IMG/VR virus record: IMGVR_UViG_2778261584_000002
Location: 203-64,202 of that record
Length of the DNA stretch: 64,000 bases
DNA from: a virus
Direction: 5' to 3' (one strand)
Shown: positions 38,208-48,203 of the stretch, in pieces
How positions within the stretch are numbered: the first letter of the stretch is position 1
How the letters are laid out: every line of letters starts with the position of its first letter
Notes under the pieces: generated by a model
Database searches by the model: none
Seen by the model: the letters and a program-made list of their open reading frames with translations, nothing else
What the model was told of the DNA's origin: nothing
Translations under genes and position numbers: made by a program

Positions 38208-39380
38208 ATGTCGAATAACGAAGCATTTCAAAATGCATATAATCAAATGCAAGAAGCACTTAAAAACGGCAAATTGCGTAGAGAGTTGCAAGGACGTAGA
38301 AGTGCTGACAATCAACAAAGGGCATTAGCAGAACGTGAAATTGAATATGATGATCGTGGACGTAAAATCCCACGTCCTATGTTCTTACGTCCTGAAGATA
38401 TTGCTCAAGGTGTCGATTATGATGTTGAAAAAGTTTTATACACAACGCTAGGACAGCAAAAGGGAGAACCACCAAGACGAATAACTCGTGATGACATTTT
38501 AGCGTTTCAAGACAATATCCTTTTGCTCAAAGATCAATATAAAAAGGGTATTACGGTCCAAAACATTATTAATTTAAGTCTGCAAGATGATATTGATCGT
38601 GCTAATCAGCAAATTTATATGTCTGTACCTCTTAGTCGTAAAAGCGGTTTAGTTCATTTTCTTACGAATGCAGGTCCAGAAAGTAAAGTACAAAACCATC
38701 ATGTCGAAGTTGAGTTTGCTAACTTTGGTTCAGTTGTTTTTGATATTAAAAAAGAAGCTGTTAATACGGTAAAAAATCGAATTGCAAATGGAAAGATCAA
38801 ATTTGAGTGTGATTGCGAACGGCACACATTCTGGTTTCGCTATATGGCAACGATTGGCGGTTATGGACTCGGTCGCCAAGAGGGTGGTTTTCCTAAAGTT
38901 CGTAATCCGCATTTATCTGGTGTTGCATGTAAGCATGTTTTGCAAGTAGCACAATGGATCATTTCACCAGCTGGTATTCAATATCTAAAAAAACAAGTAG
39001 AAGCAGACCGTAAGAAGCAAGTCGGCGCACGCTATAAACAGACTGATGCGCAGATCAATGAACAACTTAATAAGCAATTAGCAGATTTAGAAACGGGAAC
39101 TACAAAACCAATTGTTAGTAATATTCAAAAAGCCGAACAGGAAATGATGCGACGAGCTGAAAAAGTCGCTAAAAAGCACTTTGCTAAGCAATTGAAAGAA
39201 ATAAAAGCTTTAGAAAATAAGATGCATAAATTAGCAGTACAAGCTCAATTAGAAGCGGTGCTGCAAACACTAAGTAAAGATAAACGGACTCAAGCCAAAC
39301 GAATGGCAGATTTATGGGTAAGAAATGAAATTACTCAAGCTGATTTTGATATTTATATGCGAGGTCTAAATGCTAAATAG
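38208..39380 (+). CDS. SWIM-type Zn-finger protein
   Basis: ECDC.RH..W.RY ... ACKHVL. Confidence 0.65.
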   Translation: MSNNEAFQNAYNQMQEALKNGKLRRELQGRRSADNQQRALAEREIEYDDRGRKIPRPMFLRPEDIAQGVDYDVEKVLYTTLGQQKGEPPRRITRDDILAFQDNILLLKDQYKKGITVQNIINLSLQDDIDRANQQIYMSVPLSRKSGLVHFLTNAGPESKVQNHHVEVEFANFGSVVFDIKKEAVNTVKNRIANGKIKFECDCERHTFWFRYMATIGGYGLGRQEGGFPKVRNPHLSGVACKHVLQVAQWIISPAGIQYLKKQVEADRKKQVGARYKQTDAQINEQLNKQLADLETGTTKPIVSNIQKAEQEMMRRAEKVAKKHFAKQLKEIKALENKMHKLAVQAQLEAVLQTLSKDKRTQAKRMADLWVRNEITQADFDIYMRGLNAK

Positions 39381-39924
39381 TGCAGTCAATCGAGTAGCAA
39401 ATGGCCGTCATTTAGCTGCAAGACGTGTCGTTATGAATACGCTAGGAAGTATCCCAAGCCAAGTATGGCGTAAGCGAATTGTGTATAGCAATCCAGCAGA
39501 TGCTGGTCTACCTGTAGATCCGCTTTCATTCGAAGCGAATGCCTTATCAATCCAAGATGAACCCAACTATGAATATGATCATTTAGGTTTTGCCTACGTT
39601 TTAGCAGACAAGTTTAATGGGGGCATGATTCATAAAAATAACAGTATGAATAACCCAAGCGATTTGACCTTAATTGTTCAAATTGCTGCTTACAATGCTG
39701 ATTTAGAAACTTTGACCGACCAGATTAATGAGATACCAGATACCCAATTTCAAGAGGGTGATTTGCTGGCTTTGATGATCTATGAAGGATTCATTGTATG
39801 GTTTGAAATCGTTGGAATCACTGGGCAAACCTTGATGTCAGACTTTGGTAAAAAGTATGTTTTAAACCGCCGTGATGAGTTGGGAATTGACCCGATTCAA
39901 AGTGAAGTAGATGCGAGGAATTAA
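39370..39924 (+). CDS. Head completion/closure-like protein
   Basis: Late operon; EGDLL...WFEIVG pattern. Confidence 0.4.
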   Translation: MLNSAVNRVANGRHLAARRVVMNTLGSIPSQVWRKRIVYSNPADAGLPVDPLSFEANALSIQDEPNYEYDHLGFAYVLADKFNGGMIHKNNSMNNPSDLTLIVQIAAYNADLETLTDQINEIPDTQFQEGDLLALMIYEGFIVWFEIVGITGQTLMSDFGKKYVLNRRDELGIDPIQSEVDARN

Positions 39925-39927
39925 ATA

Positions 39928-40230
39928 ATGACTTTTTTAGTATTCAAAGAAACAGACAAAAGTACAGGTACCAAAGGAATGGTTGGGCAATGTACTTCTG
40001 CCATTTTTAATTACCAGGTGATTGGTGCTGGTGCAGTGGTTGATTTCTTTGGAAGTAATCATCCTAATCCTGATATTGATAATGAGGAACACTGGTCGCC
40101 TATTGTGACAATAACCGCAGGTGTTCCCGACACAGAACCATTTCGACAACATGCTTGGGAAAAGTTGCGTTATGTCGTCACTGCTGGTACAGATGTGGAA
40201 ATCTATGTTTCAAGTGGCGTTTCTGGTTAA
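39928..40230 (+). CDS. Small beta-rich virion protein
   Basis: GAGG RBS, followed by terminator. Confidence 0.6.
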   Translation: MTFLVFKETDKSTGTKGMVGQCTSAIFNYQVIGAGAVVDFFGSNHPNPDIDNEEHWSPIVTITAGVPDTEPFRQHAWEKLRYVVTAGTDVEIYVSSGVSG

Positions 40231-40246
40231 TATCAATTTTGTTATA

Positions 40247-40275
40247 AGAGCTCATCAACATTGATGGGCTTTTTT
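40247..40275 (+). terminator. Rho-independent terminator
   Basis: AGCTCATCAA-CA-TTGATGGGC followed by T6. Confidence 0.75.
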
Positions 40276-40310
40276 ATTATTTAAAATTCTCTCAGTTCAT
40301 TATTTGCTAT

Positions 40311-40350
40311 TGGAACTCCATAGAATCAACGTTTTTCAACATGCGAAATT
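40311..40350 (+). promoter_or_regulatory. Late promoter motif 8
   Basis: TGGAAC-N28-GAAATT plus hairpin. Confidence 0.65.
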
Positions 40351-40391
40351 AGGTTATCAATTTTCAAAAACCTATTTCAAAGGTGAAAAAA

Positions 40392-42155
40392 ATGTCAGTT
40401 TTATCTGATCCTCAAAATGCACTTTATCAAGCGCAATTAGCAGCAACTGCACAATGCCAAAACTATTTTTATAAAAATGGTGAAGCTGGTTTTGACAGTG
40501 TGAATCATATGGCTGAGACACGACCAACTGCATTAAATGAAATTTTAAATATTGTTGGCTTTGATAGTGCAGCAGATGTTGATAATGCGATTAAATGTGG
40601 TATTTCACAATATCAATATTGTCATGGTGGTGATTTACCACATGCATCCGTGTTGGCCACTGCTTTAGATGCTGGTTTATGCATGGCAAAAAAAGTAAGC
40701 GGTTTTACTGGTACACATAAACAAAATCTTGAACAATTAGAATCAGGATTCGATGATGTAAGTAATACACATCATGAGTCTGTCAGTATTGTGCCAGCTA
40801 TGACCGTTGCAACGATTGCAACGTTAATTGCATATGCTTCTCCAATTATTGCCTATATTCCGAATAGCAATGGTTCGAATGAAGTACCGATTGTTGCAGC
40901 GCGATTTACAACTGATCGCGCATTTGGTGCGATGGCAAAAGGTGAGTATTTGGATGGTGTAAATGCATCTAAACCATACTCTGAAGGTCGTTTCCGTTTT
41001 GTGTTGGATAATGGTGGTGCAGGTACAACTTATTCAACAACTGCACGCACAAAATATGCGAATTATGCAGATAAAACACCAGACGTAAATGCACCATTAT
41101 TACCATTTATCAGTGGCAATATCTCGATTCGCATCAATGGTAAAGAAGTTGCGCACACACGTAACCGCAGTAAGTCGAAATTGGCCGGTCAAATTTCTGC
41201 AATTGCTGAGAAATCAGCAAAAATCGCAGGTAATGAATATAGCGTGGCTGCAAGCACAATCAACTTGGATGACAGCACAATCTCAGTAACCTTCAACCAA
41301 GTATTGCCGAATGATGTAAAAGCAGAAGTGTTCTTGGTCGCGGATTATGAAGCGAAAGACGTAAATAATAAGTTTAAGCTTGATCCCGTTGGTATCAGTA
41401 TTTCGCCTGAATATGAAACGATGGTGAGTTCACCAATTGTCACTCAAATCCGTGCATCAAAATTATTAGTGAATCAGATCACTAATGAGTTGAATATCGG
41501 CTTTGTTGGAACCGCATTATCATTAATGCAAGGCAAAATTTATCTTGAGCAAACTGTGCGACTACTTGGCGAAGGCAAAGAACGTGCGCAATACAATGAT
41601 CGTGAGTTCACATTTGACGCAAGCCGTGGTGTTGCTGGTAATTTAGCTGCTGCATATAACACTTCGGGTGACTTGTTTGGCGAGCTAATGAAGTATATTG
41701 AAGCTGCAAAAATTGGAATTGTACAAGATTCAGGTGGTGCAACCGTAGGCTTTGATTTGTACGTCGGTGATAGTGCAAAAGTGTTCTTTGCTCAATTATC
41801 GGCTGACAAAATGCCAGTCAAAACAGGTGCCACGGCTGGGCATGGTCAAATCGTGCGTATTGGTACTTTAGCTGATGGTACCAACGTTTATCATTTGCCG
41901 ACCTCTGCTGGTGTATTGGTTGAATCTGATCAAGCATTCGAAATGGAGTTGGTTGGTCGTGGCAGTGAACCTGTTCGCAATCCACTTGTCGGCTTTATTG
42001 AAATGCCATTAACCGTGAGTGAAGCAACGCCTGATCCGCGTGAAAGCTTACTTGCTTTGATCGGTTCTCAAGCTGCTGAATTAAATCCACTCGACCGTTA
42101 TGCAGATCAGTTTGCATTACTCAAAGCAATCAATATGCCACGATTAAAAAGTTAA
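40392..42155 (+). CDS. Major capsid protein (P1 gp23-like)
   Basis: About 590 aa, own promoter and strong terminator, N-terminal prodomain with FDS motifs, RIGTL.DGT.VYH. Confidence 0.75.
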   Translation: MSVLSDPQNALYQAQLAATAQCQNYFYKNGEAGFDSVNHMAETRPTALNEILNIVGFDSAADVDNAIKCGISQYQYCHGGDLPHASVLATALDAGLCMAKKVSGFTGTHKQNLEQLESGFDDVSNTHHESVSIVPAMTVATIATLIAYASPIIAYIPNSNGSNEVPIVAARFTTDRAFGAMAKGEYLDGVNASKPYSEGRFRFVLDNGGAGTTYSTTARTKYANYADKTPDVNAPLLPFISGNISIRINGKEVAHTRNRSKSKLAGQISAIAEKSAKIAGNEYSVAASTINLDDSTISVTFNQVLPNDVKAEVFLVADYEAKDVNNKFKLDPVGISISPEYETMVSSPIVTQIRASKLLVNQITNELNIGFVGTALSLMQGKIYLEQTVRLLGEGKERAQYNDREFTFDASRGVAGNLAAAYNTSGDLFGELMKYIEAAKIGIVQDSGGATVGFDLYVGDSAKVFFAQLSADKMPVKTGATAGHGQIVRIGTLADGTNVYHLPTSAGVLVESDQAFEMELVGRGSEPVRNPLVGFIEMPLTVSEATPDPRESLLALIGSQAAELNPLDRYADQFALLKAINMPRLKS

Positions 42156-42161
42156 TCGTAT

Positions 42162-42195
42162 ATGACAAAGGCGCTTAAGTGCGCCTTTGTCATTT
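42162..42195 (+). terminator. Terminator/hairpin after the capsid gene
   Basis: 13-bp stem ATGACAAAGGCGC/GCGCCTTTGTCAT. Confidence 0.8.
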
Positions 42196-42227
42196 CTATC
42201 TAATTTATAACAAAATGGTGAAATACG

Positions 42228-42803
42228 ATGGCTGATGTAAATGAAGTAAAACCAAAACAACGTAGTCAAAAACCAAAAGCAGTTGAACCAGTTCAACAGG
42301 TTGCCAATCAAGATATATCTAATGGAGAAAATACTCCAAAAGGCGTTGATATTGATGTGAAAGACAATGCAGCTAAAACGGATGACACAAATTCCAATGG
42401 TGAAGCTGCAAAAGCAGAAACATCATCTTCACAGGCTGAAATTCAGCAAGTAGAGCAAAAAAAAGAAGCTGGTGAAAGTTCAGACGCAAATGCTTTCGAA
42501 TTAAATCAAGCTCCTAATAAAGATGCTACGCCGTCTACTGAATCTGATCCAAAGCCTAACAACGAAAATATCGTTGTAGAAAAAGCAGCCACTCCAGAAT
42601 TAACGGAACCTAAAGGTTTGGTTGTCGAAGTAAAAAACAGTGGTGTCAAATCGGTTTATGAACCGCTTACAAAGACATCAATTAATGCAGGTCAGACGGT
42701 TCAAATTGCCTGTGCAAATTTAATGGTAAAGCAGGGTGTGCTTAATAACATTAAGCAATTTAAAGACCTTGGCAAAAACTTAGAGGTTTTAAGCAATGAC
42801 TGA
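42228..42803 (+). CDS. Low-complexity protein with C-terminal EPLT..NNI.Q domain (decoration-like)
   Basis: Follows capsid gene; domain shared with next ORF. Confidence 0.6.
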   Translation: MADVNEVKPKQRSQKPKAVEPVQQVANQDISNGENTPKGVDIDVKDNAAKTDDTNSNGEAAKAETSSSQAEIQQVEQKKEAGESSDANAFELNQAPNKDATPSTESDPKPNNENIVVEKAATPELTEPKGLVVEVKNSGVKSVYEPLTKTSINAGQTVQIACANLMVKQGVLNNIKQFKDLGKNLEVLSND

Positions 42804-43593
42804 GTTCAATGGAACAAATCCGCTTCTTGATGCGTTAGGTGATCAGCCTACAATTCGAGATGTCACAATCAATAACAATACCAGCTTCAAAATCGTTGAG
42901 CCGTTGACTGGTTTACAGATTCAAACAGAAACGATTGTTCGGGTGCATGGAGAAGTTGCATTTCAGCAAATTCAAAACAATATTGTCCAGCTCAATGAAC
43001 TTAAACAACAAGAAGCAGTTACGAGCACAGACGTTATTGTGAATGAGCAAAATGCTCAATGGATATTGACCAACTGCGCGATTTCAAATGGTATTTTGTC
43101 GTACACAGGTGGAATAATTGAGAATGATAATTTTGAACCACCTCAATCAAGACCAGCTTTTTTTGCTGAAAAGGATATAAACGTAGGGGATGAACATCTT
43201 TTCATTATCAAACCATCCACTTGTAAGAGTTTAATCGCCGTAATTGACAGCGGTGTACGTTATGGAGCTTGGAGTGAATATTCTGCTGCTTTATTCGAGC
43301 GTCCTGAGCAACAGGTTATTCAATTATTTAAATTTAGAGGTCCTCCACAAGAAATTATTGATACGTCGTCACTTCCTGATGAATATCAAATTTCTATGAC
43401 GTTAGTTACAGAAACTCAGGTTGAAATTACTGTAAGAGATAACAGCAATCAACAAGTATTAGGAACCTTATTTGTTGATAGCAATGGTATTTTATATAAA
43501 CGAATATGGCTTGAAGTTGAATTCGAAAGTAGTGATTCAGTTTTCGATGTGCCGTTTTTAATTGAAAAAAATAATCAACAGGCACCAGTATAA
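42796..43593 (+). CDS. Putative capsid accessory protein
   Basis: N-terminal EPLT..NNI.Q domain plus beta-rich C-terminus. Confidence 0.6.
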   Translation: MTEFNGTNPLLDALGDQPTIRDVTINNNTSFKIVEPLTGLQIQTETIVRVHGEVAFQQIQNNIVQLNELKQQEAVTSTDVIVNEQNAQWILTNCAISNGILSYTGGIIENDNFEPPQSRPAFFAEKDINVGDEHLFIIKPSTCKSLIAVIDSGVRYGAWSEYSAALFERPEQQVIQLFKFRGPPQEIIDTSSLPDEYQISMTLVTETQVEITVRDNSNQQVLGTLFVDSNGILYKRIWLEVEFESSDSVFDVPFLIEKNNQQAPV

Positions 43594-43602
43594 CGATGAA
43601 TT

Positions 43603-43632
43603 AAAAAAACTCTGCTTATGCAGAGTTTTTTT
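43603..43632. terminator. Bidirectional terminator
   Basis: A7-CTCTGC-TTAT-GCAGAG-T7. Confidence 0.85.
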
Positions 43633-43634
43633 AT

Positions 43635-43674
43635 TGGAACATTCAAAAATATGAATTTTGGTAAAGCGCAAAAT
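43635..43674 (+). promoter_or_regulatory. Late promoter motif 9
   Basis: TGGAAC-N28-CAAAAT. Confidence 0.7.
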
Positions 43675-43704
43675 AACTAAAACGTTTAGCCAAAGGCAAA
43701 CAAA

Positions 43705-43968
43705 GTGAACACAACAAAGATCTTAGGTGAGGCTGTTGGCATACAAAGCCAAGGCACAGTAGACAAGACCGAAACACAAACTAAAGAAGGACTAACTTCA
43801 GCCTTAATTGTTGGTCGATTTAAGCGTGGTCGAGTGGATAAGCCAATGACCATTCATCAAGGCAATATTCGTGGTCAATTGGGCTATGAGCCAACAAATA
43901 TTGATTATCAAGCTGTACAGGATTGCTTAGACACAGGTGTACCTAGTGTCCAAGTTTTACGTGTCGGG
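43705..43968 (+). repeat. 264-bp direct repeat, copy 1 (copy 2 at 62848-63111)
   Basis: 88 identical amino acids; only synonymous differences. Confidence 0.95.
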
Positions 43969-43992
43969 CCAACTTTAGATATGCCAGGTTAA
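43705..43992 (+). CDS. Stand-alone tail-sheath N-terminal module
   Basis: ALIVGRFKRG..DKP...LG...VLRV resembles sheath N-terminus; directly upstream of sheath body. Confidence 0.6.
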   Translation: MNTTKILGEAVGIQSQGTVDKTETQTKEGLTSALIVGRFKRGRVDKPMTIHQGNIRGQLGYEPTNIDYQAVQDCLDTGVPSVQVLRVGPTLDMPG

Positions 43993-44002
43993 TGGAGCCA
44001 TT

Positions 44003-45286
44003 ATGACAAATTTAAAATTAACCAGTAATGGAGCTTTGATACTGGGTGGCAATGGCGCTGCGGTATTAAGCTTGTTTTTTGATACCTATAGTTATCTAAA
44101 AGATACAGATATTGAAGTCGCATTTTTTAGTAAAGTCACTACGCCGACTTCACTATTAGACATCACCATGCGTTTGCGAATCATCGATTCAACCACTGGT
44201 GATGAAGTGATTAAAATTCAGGGTATCGTTGATGGAGATCCTGAAAATCCAGCAACGATTATTGCGGTTGCAGATGCTACTGAAGAATTTGAACGATTTG
44301 AATTGCATATCAATGATGCTTTAAGTGCAATTTTATTGAGTAGTGCATTCAATCCAGTGAATAGTTTAGGGCGAAAGACTGAAACTCTATCGTTACCAGA
44401 TGAAGAACCTGACACTTTTAACGCTGATCAAACTTATACACTGATTACCAATTTAGTGGATAAGCCAGCTTATTTGGTATTACCAACTGTTATTGAAATT
44501 GATGTCTACGTGGCCTTATTGCGTGTGGCAGAAAAATTAAATATTCCACTCGATGTTGAGGTTGACTCAACTATGACAGTGGAACAAGTCGCTCAATTTG
44601 CTGAAAGTTTGGATGCTCAAACACATCAAGTTCAATTGATTTGGTCGCCGAATATATGCCGTCCACGAGATGCTATCTCATTACGGGGGCGTAAAATTCC
44701 AGCTCGATTCATTGGTCAATACATTGGTGACAAGCTACTGCGTAATGCTCGAACGAATGCTCAAGGTTTTGCACCTATTCATTATGCTGTCGCTTGGAAA
44801 GACTATCCATTTAAGAAAAAGGCTTTAGAGCTTCGTCCAGATGTTGTACTCGATGAACCAACATTAGAAATGCTTGCTCAAGCAAAAGTGAATGTCGTTC
44901 GTCCAATTAAGTTTGAACGTGTCATGTATGTCTTAAGTGATGTTCTTACTCAGCGTCAAAGTAAAAATAGTGCATTGCGCTTGGTGAATGCTGCTGAAAT
45001 TGCTATGCGCACCAAAAATGATGTAGTCGATATTCTAAAAAATCATATGTTGAAACCAACTGAAGATTATTTAGAAAAAGCGAGTAAGGAAATAGACAAA
45101 TACTTGTCTGACGCTGCGACTTCGGGCTGGTTAAAACCTGCTGAAGATTTGAATGGTAAACCTTTCGCATTCAGCTTAATTCCAGATCAAGATTATCCAT
45201 TTGAACGGGTTCGTTTGTATTTGGCACGCCGTCCAGAAGGTGCGACCCGTGCTGTGATCTTTGATGAAGATGTATTAGTTAAATAA
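44003..45286 (+). CDS. Tail sheath protein (body)
   Basis: L..AKVNVV, D.LT..S.LRL.N, ATRAV C-terminal sheath-type motifs. Confidence 0.7.
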   Translation: MTNLKLTSNGALILGGNGAAVLSLFFDTYSYLKDTDIEVAFFSKVTTPTSLLDITMRLRIIDSTTGDEVIKIQGIVDGDPENPATIIAVADATEEFERFELHINDALSAILLSSAFNPVNSLGRKTETLSLPDEEPDTFNADQTYTLITNLVDKPAYLVLPTVIEIDVYVALLRVAEKLNIPLDVEVDSTMTVEQVAQFAESLDAQTHQVQLIWSPNICRPRDAISLRGRKIPARFIGQYIGDKLLRNARTNAQGFAPIHYAVAWKDYPFKKKALELRPDVVLDEPTLEMLAQAKVNVVRPIKFERVMYVLSDVLTQRQSKNSALRLVNAAEIAMRTKNDVVDILKNHMLKPTEDYLEKASKEIDKYLSDAATSGWLKPAEDLNGKPFAFSLIPDQDYPFERVRLYLARRPEGATRAVIFDEDVLVK

Positions 45287-45299
45287 ATAGGTGATAACA

Positions 45300-46076
45300 A
45301 TGTTTGGCGCAAAAAATCCGTTTAACCAAAAACCACAACAAAATGTATTACGTGAATTTGATTCTGCTGCAGCTGGAATTACAAGTAGCGTGAATACATT
45401 GACTAGTTCAATTCGTGAAGAACTTTCATTTATTGAGCACGTTCGAGAAATGGCTTTGAATACCGTATCTGATCTAGTTGATGCGGTTATAGACAACACT
45501 TTAGATGACAATGAATTGCCGACTGACCGTCTTGATTTTCTTATTCTGGATGCCTTAGATGGTGCAGATGATGAAAATGGTACGTTGGAAAATGCATTAG
45601 TTGCTTCTATCGATGATGCACTTTCAAGTTTCGGTGTTGATGACTCAGTGATTGCTGAAATCTTTAGCGATAATATTGAAGCTGCTGATGCTGCAATTGA
45701 AGCAGCTGCAAGTACAGTAATTGCCAATATGCCTGATGAGGGTGATCCATTAGATGAATTAGTACGTGAGTTTATCTATGGTGAACCAGATGAAGAAGAA
45801 GGATTTGACTCGGTTAGTGGTAAGAAAAAGCTTTCTCGTGGGCAGATGACGACGAAAAGTGTAGGTGGCCGTAAAGTACGATACAAGGCAATTGCAGCGA
45901 TTCGTAACGGTGTTAAAAAGATCGTGAATAAGCGTTTACCAGGTCAACGTATCCGTCTTTCAAGTGACCAAAAAGCTGGACTAAAGAAAGCGAGTTTAAA
46001 AGCGCGTTCAGCTAATTCATTGCGTAAACGTATAAAGTCGCTACTCAAAGGTAAAAAGATTGGTTTATATAAATAA
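45300..46076 (+). CDS. Prohead core/scaffold-like protein
   Basis: Very acidic body bounded by two FDS motifs, very basic C-terminus. Confidence 0.55.
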   Translation: MFGAKNPFNQKPQQNVLREFDSAAAGITSSVNTLTSSIREELSFIEHVREMALNTVSDLVDAVIDNTLDDNELPTDRLDFLILDALDGADDENGTLENALVASIDDALSSFGVDDSVIAEIFSDNIEAADAAIEAAASTVIANMPDEGDPLDELVREFIYGEPDEEEGFDSVSGKKKLSRGQMTTKSVGGRKVRYKAIAAIRNGVKKIVNKRLPGQRIRLSSDQKAGLKKASLKARSANSLRKRIKSLLKGKKIGLYK

Positions 46077-46093
46077 CCAATACGATATAGATT

Positions 46094-46123
46094 AAAAAAG
46101 GCTGCGAATATGCAGCCTTTTTT
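46094..46123. terminator. Bidirectional terminator
   Basis: A6-GGCTGC-GAATAT-GCAGCC-T6. Confidence 0.85.
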
Positions 46124-46128
46124 CTATT

Positions 46129-46169
46129 TGGAACAATGAGGAATTAGTCTTGGTTCAAGTGATCAAAAT
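46129..46169 (+). promoter_or_regulatory. Late promoter motif 10
   Basis: TGGAAC-N29-CAAAAT. Confidence 0.75.
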
Positions 46170-46199
46170 ACTTATATCCAATAAGATTTGAGAATAACG

Positions 46200-46847
46200 A
46201 TGCGTCAAGTCAATCCAATGCTTTTAAATCAGATGAAGGCAGATTCGATAGCAATTCAGCAACTAGGTTCGCCAATTTTGTCATGCCAAGGCATGTTAGT
46301 TCCCCGTGGTTTGGAAGATTACCGCTTTCTAATTAAAAGCTGTCCACGTCCAATTATTAGTAATGAAGATCCAGCGGAAGTCCAATATCCGGGTGGCTAT
46401 ACGGGAATTGTGGCTGGACCTCCTAAAACACATTACACAGGGAACTTACAATTACTGGTGACTGAAGCAGGGCATGATCAACTTTTTGCTGAATATATTG
46501 TCGCAAATAAGGGAATTATTGATTGCGATTACTATGATGGGCATGTCGCTAGTTTCACCCATGCCTATGCTTTAGAAAGTTGTGCAATTCGATTTGAAAT
46601 GGCTGAATTCGATACAGATAGCCGATCTCAAGTAATGACCGTTTCATGTCCGATAGATTTCAATTTCTTTGGTGGCTTCGCAAAAATTGGGAGTAATGGC
46701 ACAGTATTACCTGGTCAGCGTGGAGTCGCTGGTATCGAAGGTCTAATTAACCGTGTTCAGAATGTCGTAAACGCTGCACAGTCAGCAACAAACTTAGCTC
46801 GTTCAGCGACTGGTGTAGCACGACAAATTGGTTCTTTATTTGGGTAA
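46200..46847 (+). CDS. Tail tube protein (P1 Tub-like)
   Basis: FLIKSCPRP...EV..PGG and D.DSRSQV motifs. Confidence 0.65.
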   Translation: MRQVNPMLLNQMKADSIAIQQLGSPILSCQGMLVPRGLEDYRFLIKSCPRPIISNEDPAEVQYPGGYTGIVAGPPKTHYTGNLQLLVTEAGHDQLFAEYIVANKGIIDCDYYDGHVASFTHAYALESCAIRFEMAEFDTDSRSQVMTVSCPIDFNFFGGFAKIGSNGTVLPGQRGVAGIEGLINRVQNVVNAAQSATNLARSATGVARQIGSLFG

Positions 46848-46852
46848 CTGCT

Positions 46853-47299
46853 ATGCAATTGTTACCTGATGATGGCTCTCTATGTCCAAAAGTGATTGCT
46901 GGTTCTATCGAAGCACTAGCAACGACTTTTTATCAAAAATTACAGATGAAAGGTTATTCACTTCTTGTTGAAGATGTCACGAATGCTTTGATTGAAGAAA
47001 CCAAGCGTTATGCTGGTTGTGCGACTCTAAGATGTCATCGTGGCTCAACAAGTATTATCACGGTTGATAAAAACATTGTTCTTGAAGGTTTTGAGTGGGT
47101 CATTATTGAACCATGTCTAAGTGCAAACTGTGACTTGATTCAAGCGCAACTTGTCGAAGCTTCAAGAAGTATGGGCGGTGACGGCTTTGGCATGTCAGTG
47201 AGTGAAGCTGAACAAGCATTTAATCAAGCCAAAGAGTTAATGCCTAAAAATGCTTTTGTGCAACCTCCTTTTAGTTTTAAAACTTTAGGGGGCAATTGA
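46853..47299 (+). CDS. Head-tail adaptor-like protein
   Basis: EW.IIEP...LVEASR.MG.D.FG.SVSE resembles P1 PmgC-type proteins. Confidence 0.5.
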   Translation: MQLLPDDGSLCPKVIAGSIEALATTFYQKLQMKGYSLLVEDVTNALIEETKRYAGCATLRCHRGSTSIITVDKNIVLEGFEWVIIEPCLSANCDLIQAQLVEASRSMGGDGFGMSVSEAEQAFNQAKELMPKNAFVQPPFSFKTLGGN

Positions 47300-48195
47300 T
47301 GCGAATTGCGATATTGGCAACTAATAAAATCATTTCTGCGTCTGAGTTGATGATTGCAACATTAAGAACGGATCTTGTTCCTGTGCCTGTCAGTATCGAG
47401 TTTTCAGTCAAATATACAAAAGAGCTTAATGATCAATTGGTGGATGGGGCTGAAATCATCGTGAATGATATTCCATATCCATTTGAGATCGTTTACTCAC
47501 ATCCTGTTAAATCGCAAACGATTAAAGACAATTCCCGAATCGGGGCTATTTCATGTATCGCCGTGTTCAAAGGCTGCAAAAAGATATTAGAGCAGACAAA
47601 AAAGGCTGTGATTTTGGAGCAGACTTCTTTTAATGCTGCATATCGAGCATGTGGTGCCTCTAATATTCGCTTGGGTGATGATATACCTTTACCTGAATTT
47701 ATTTGTCTCAACGGTACCTTGATTTCAGAGCGTATAGCACTTTATTTACAACAAGAAGCAGCGGTGATTTGTTTCAAAGAAACAAAGATTTGTATTTTAA
47801 AACTCGATGCGCTTTTTAAACAAGAAGCCGTTCTGAAATTAGATCCTAGTGAAATCCAATGGTTTAACAGCGATCAAATTGAGAAATTTCAAAAATCCTC
47901 TTATGTCTCAGTTGATCAAGATGGTTCGACGGTTATTGGGGACGATACGACGACAAAAGGACAATCAGTTGTTCAAAAAGCGGGTCTTGATGCACGACAG
48001 TTAAAGAATCTTGAAAAGGTACTAATTCCGCGTGGCGTGGTTCATCGTTCGTTAAGTCTTGAAGTAAACGCTGGCGATATAGTCGAAGTAGAACATAAGA
48101 AATATGTGATTTTGACAGCAGCTCATGAAGTAGAAACAGGTGCTATTGGTGGCAATGTTGGTTCAACCTCAAAGCTTTGGTTAGCAAGTTTATAG
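47299..48195 (+). CDS. Baseplate hub protein
   Basis: LRTDLVPVPVSIE, LQQEAA; precedes spike gene. Confidence 0.55.
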   Translation: MRIAILATNKIISASELMIATLRTDLVPVPVSIEFSVKYTKELNDQLVDGAEIIVNDIPYPFEIVYSHPVKSQTIKDNSRIGAISCIAVFKGCKKILEQTKKAVILEQTSFNAAYRACGASNIRLGDDIPLPEFICLNGTLISERIALYLQQEAAVICFKETKICILKLDALFKQEAVLKLDPSEIQWFNSDQIEKFQKSSYVSVDQDGSTVIGDDTTTKGQSVVQKAGLDARQLKNLEKVLIPRGVVHRSLSLEVNAGDIVEVEHKKYVILTAAHEVETGAIGGNVGSTSKLWLASL

Positions 48196-48203
48196 GTGCA
48201 GTG

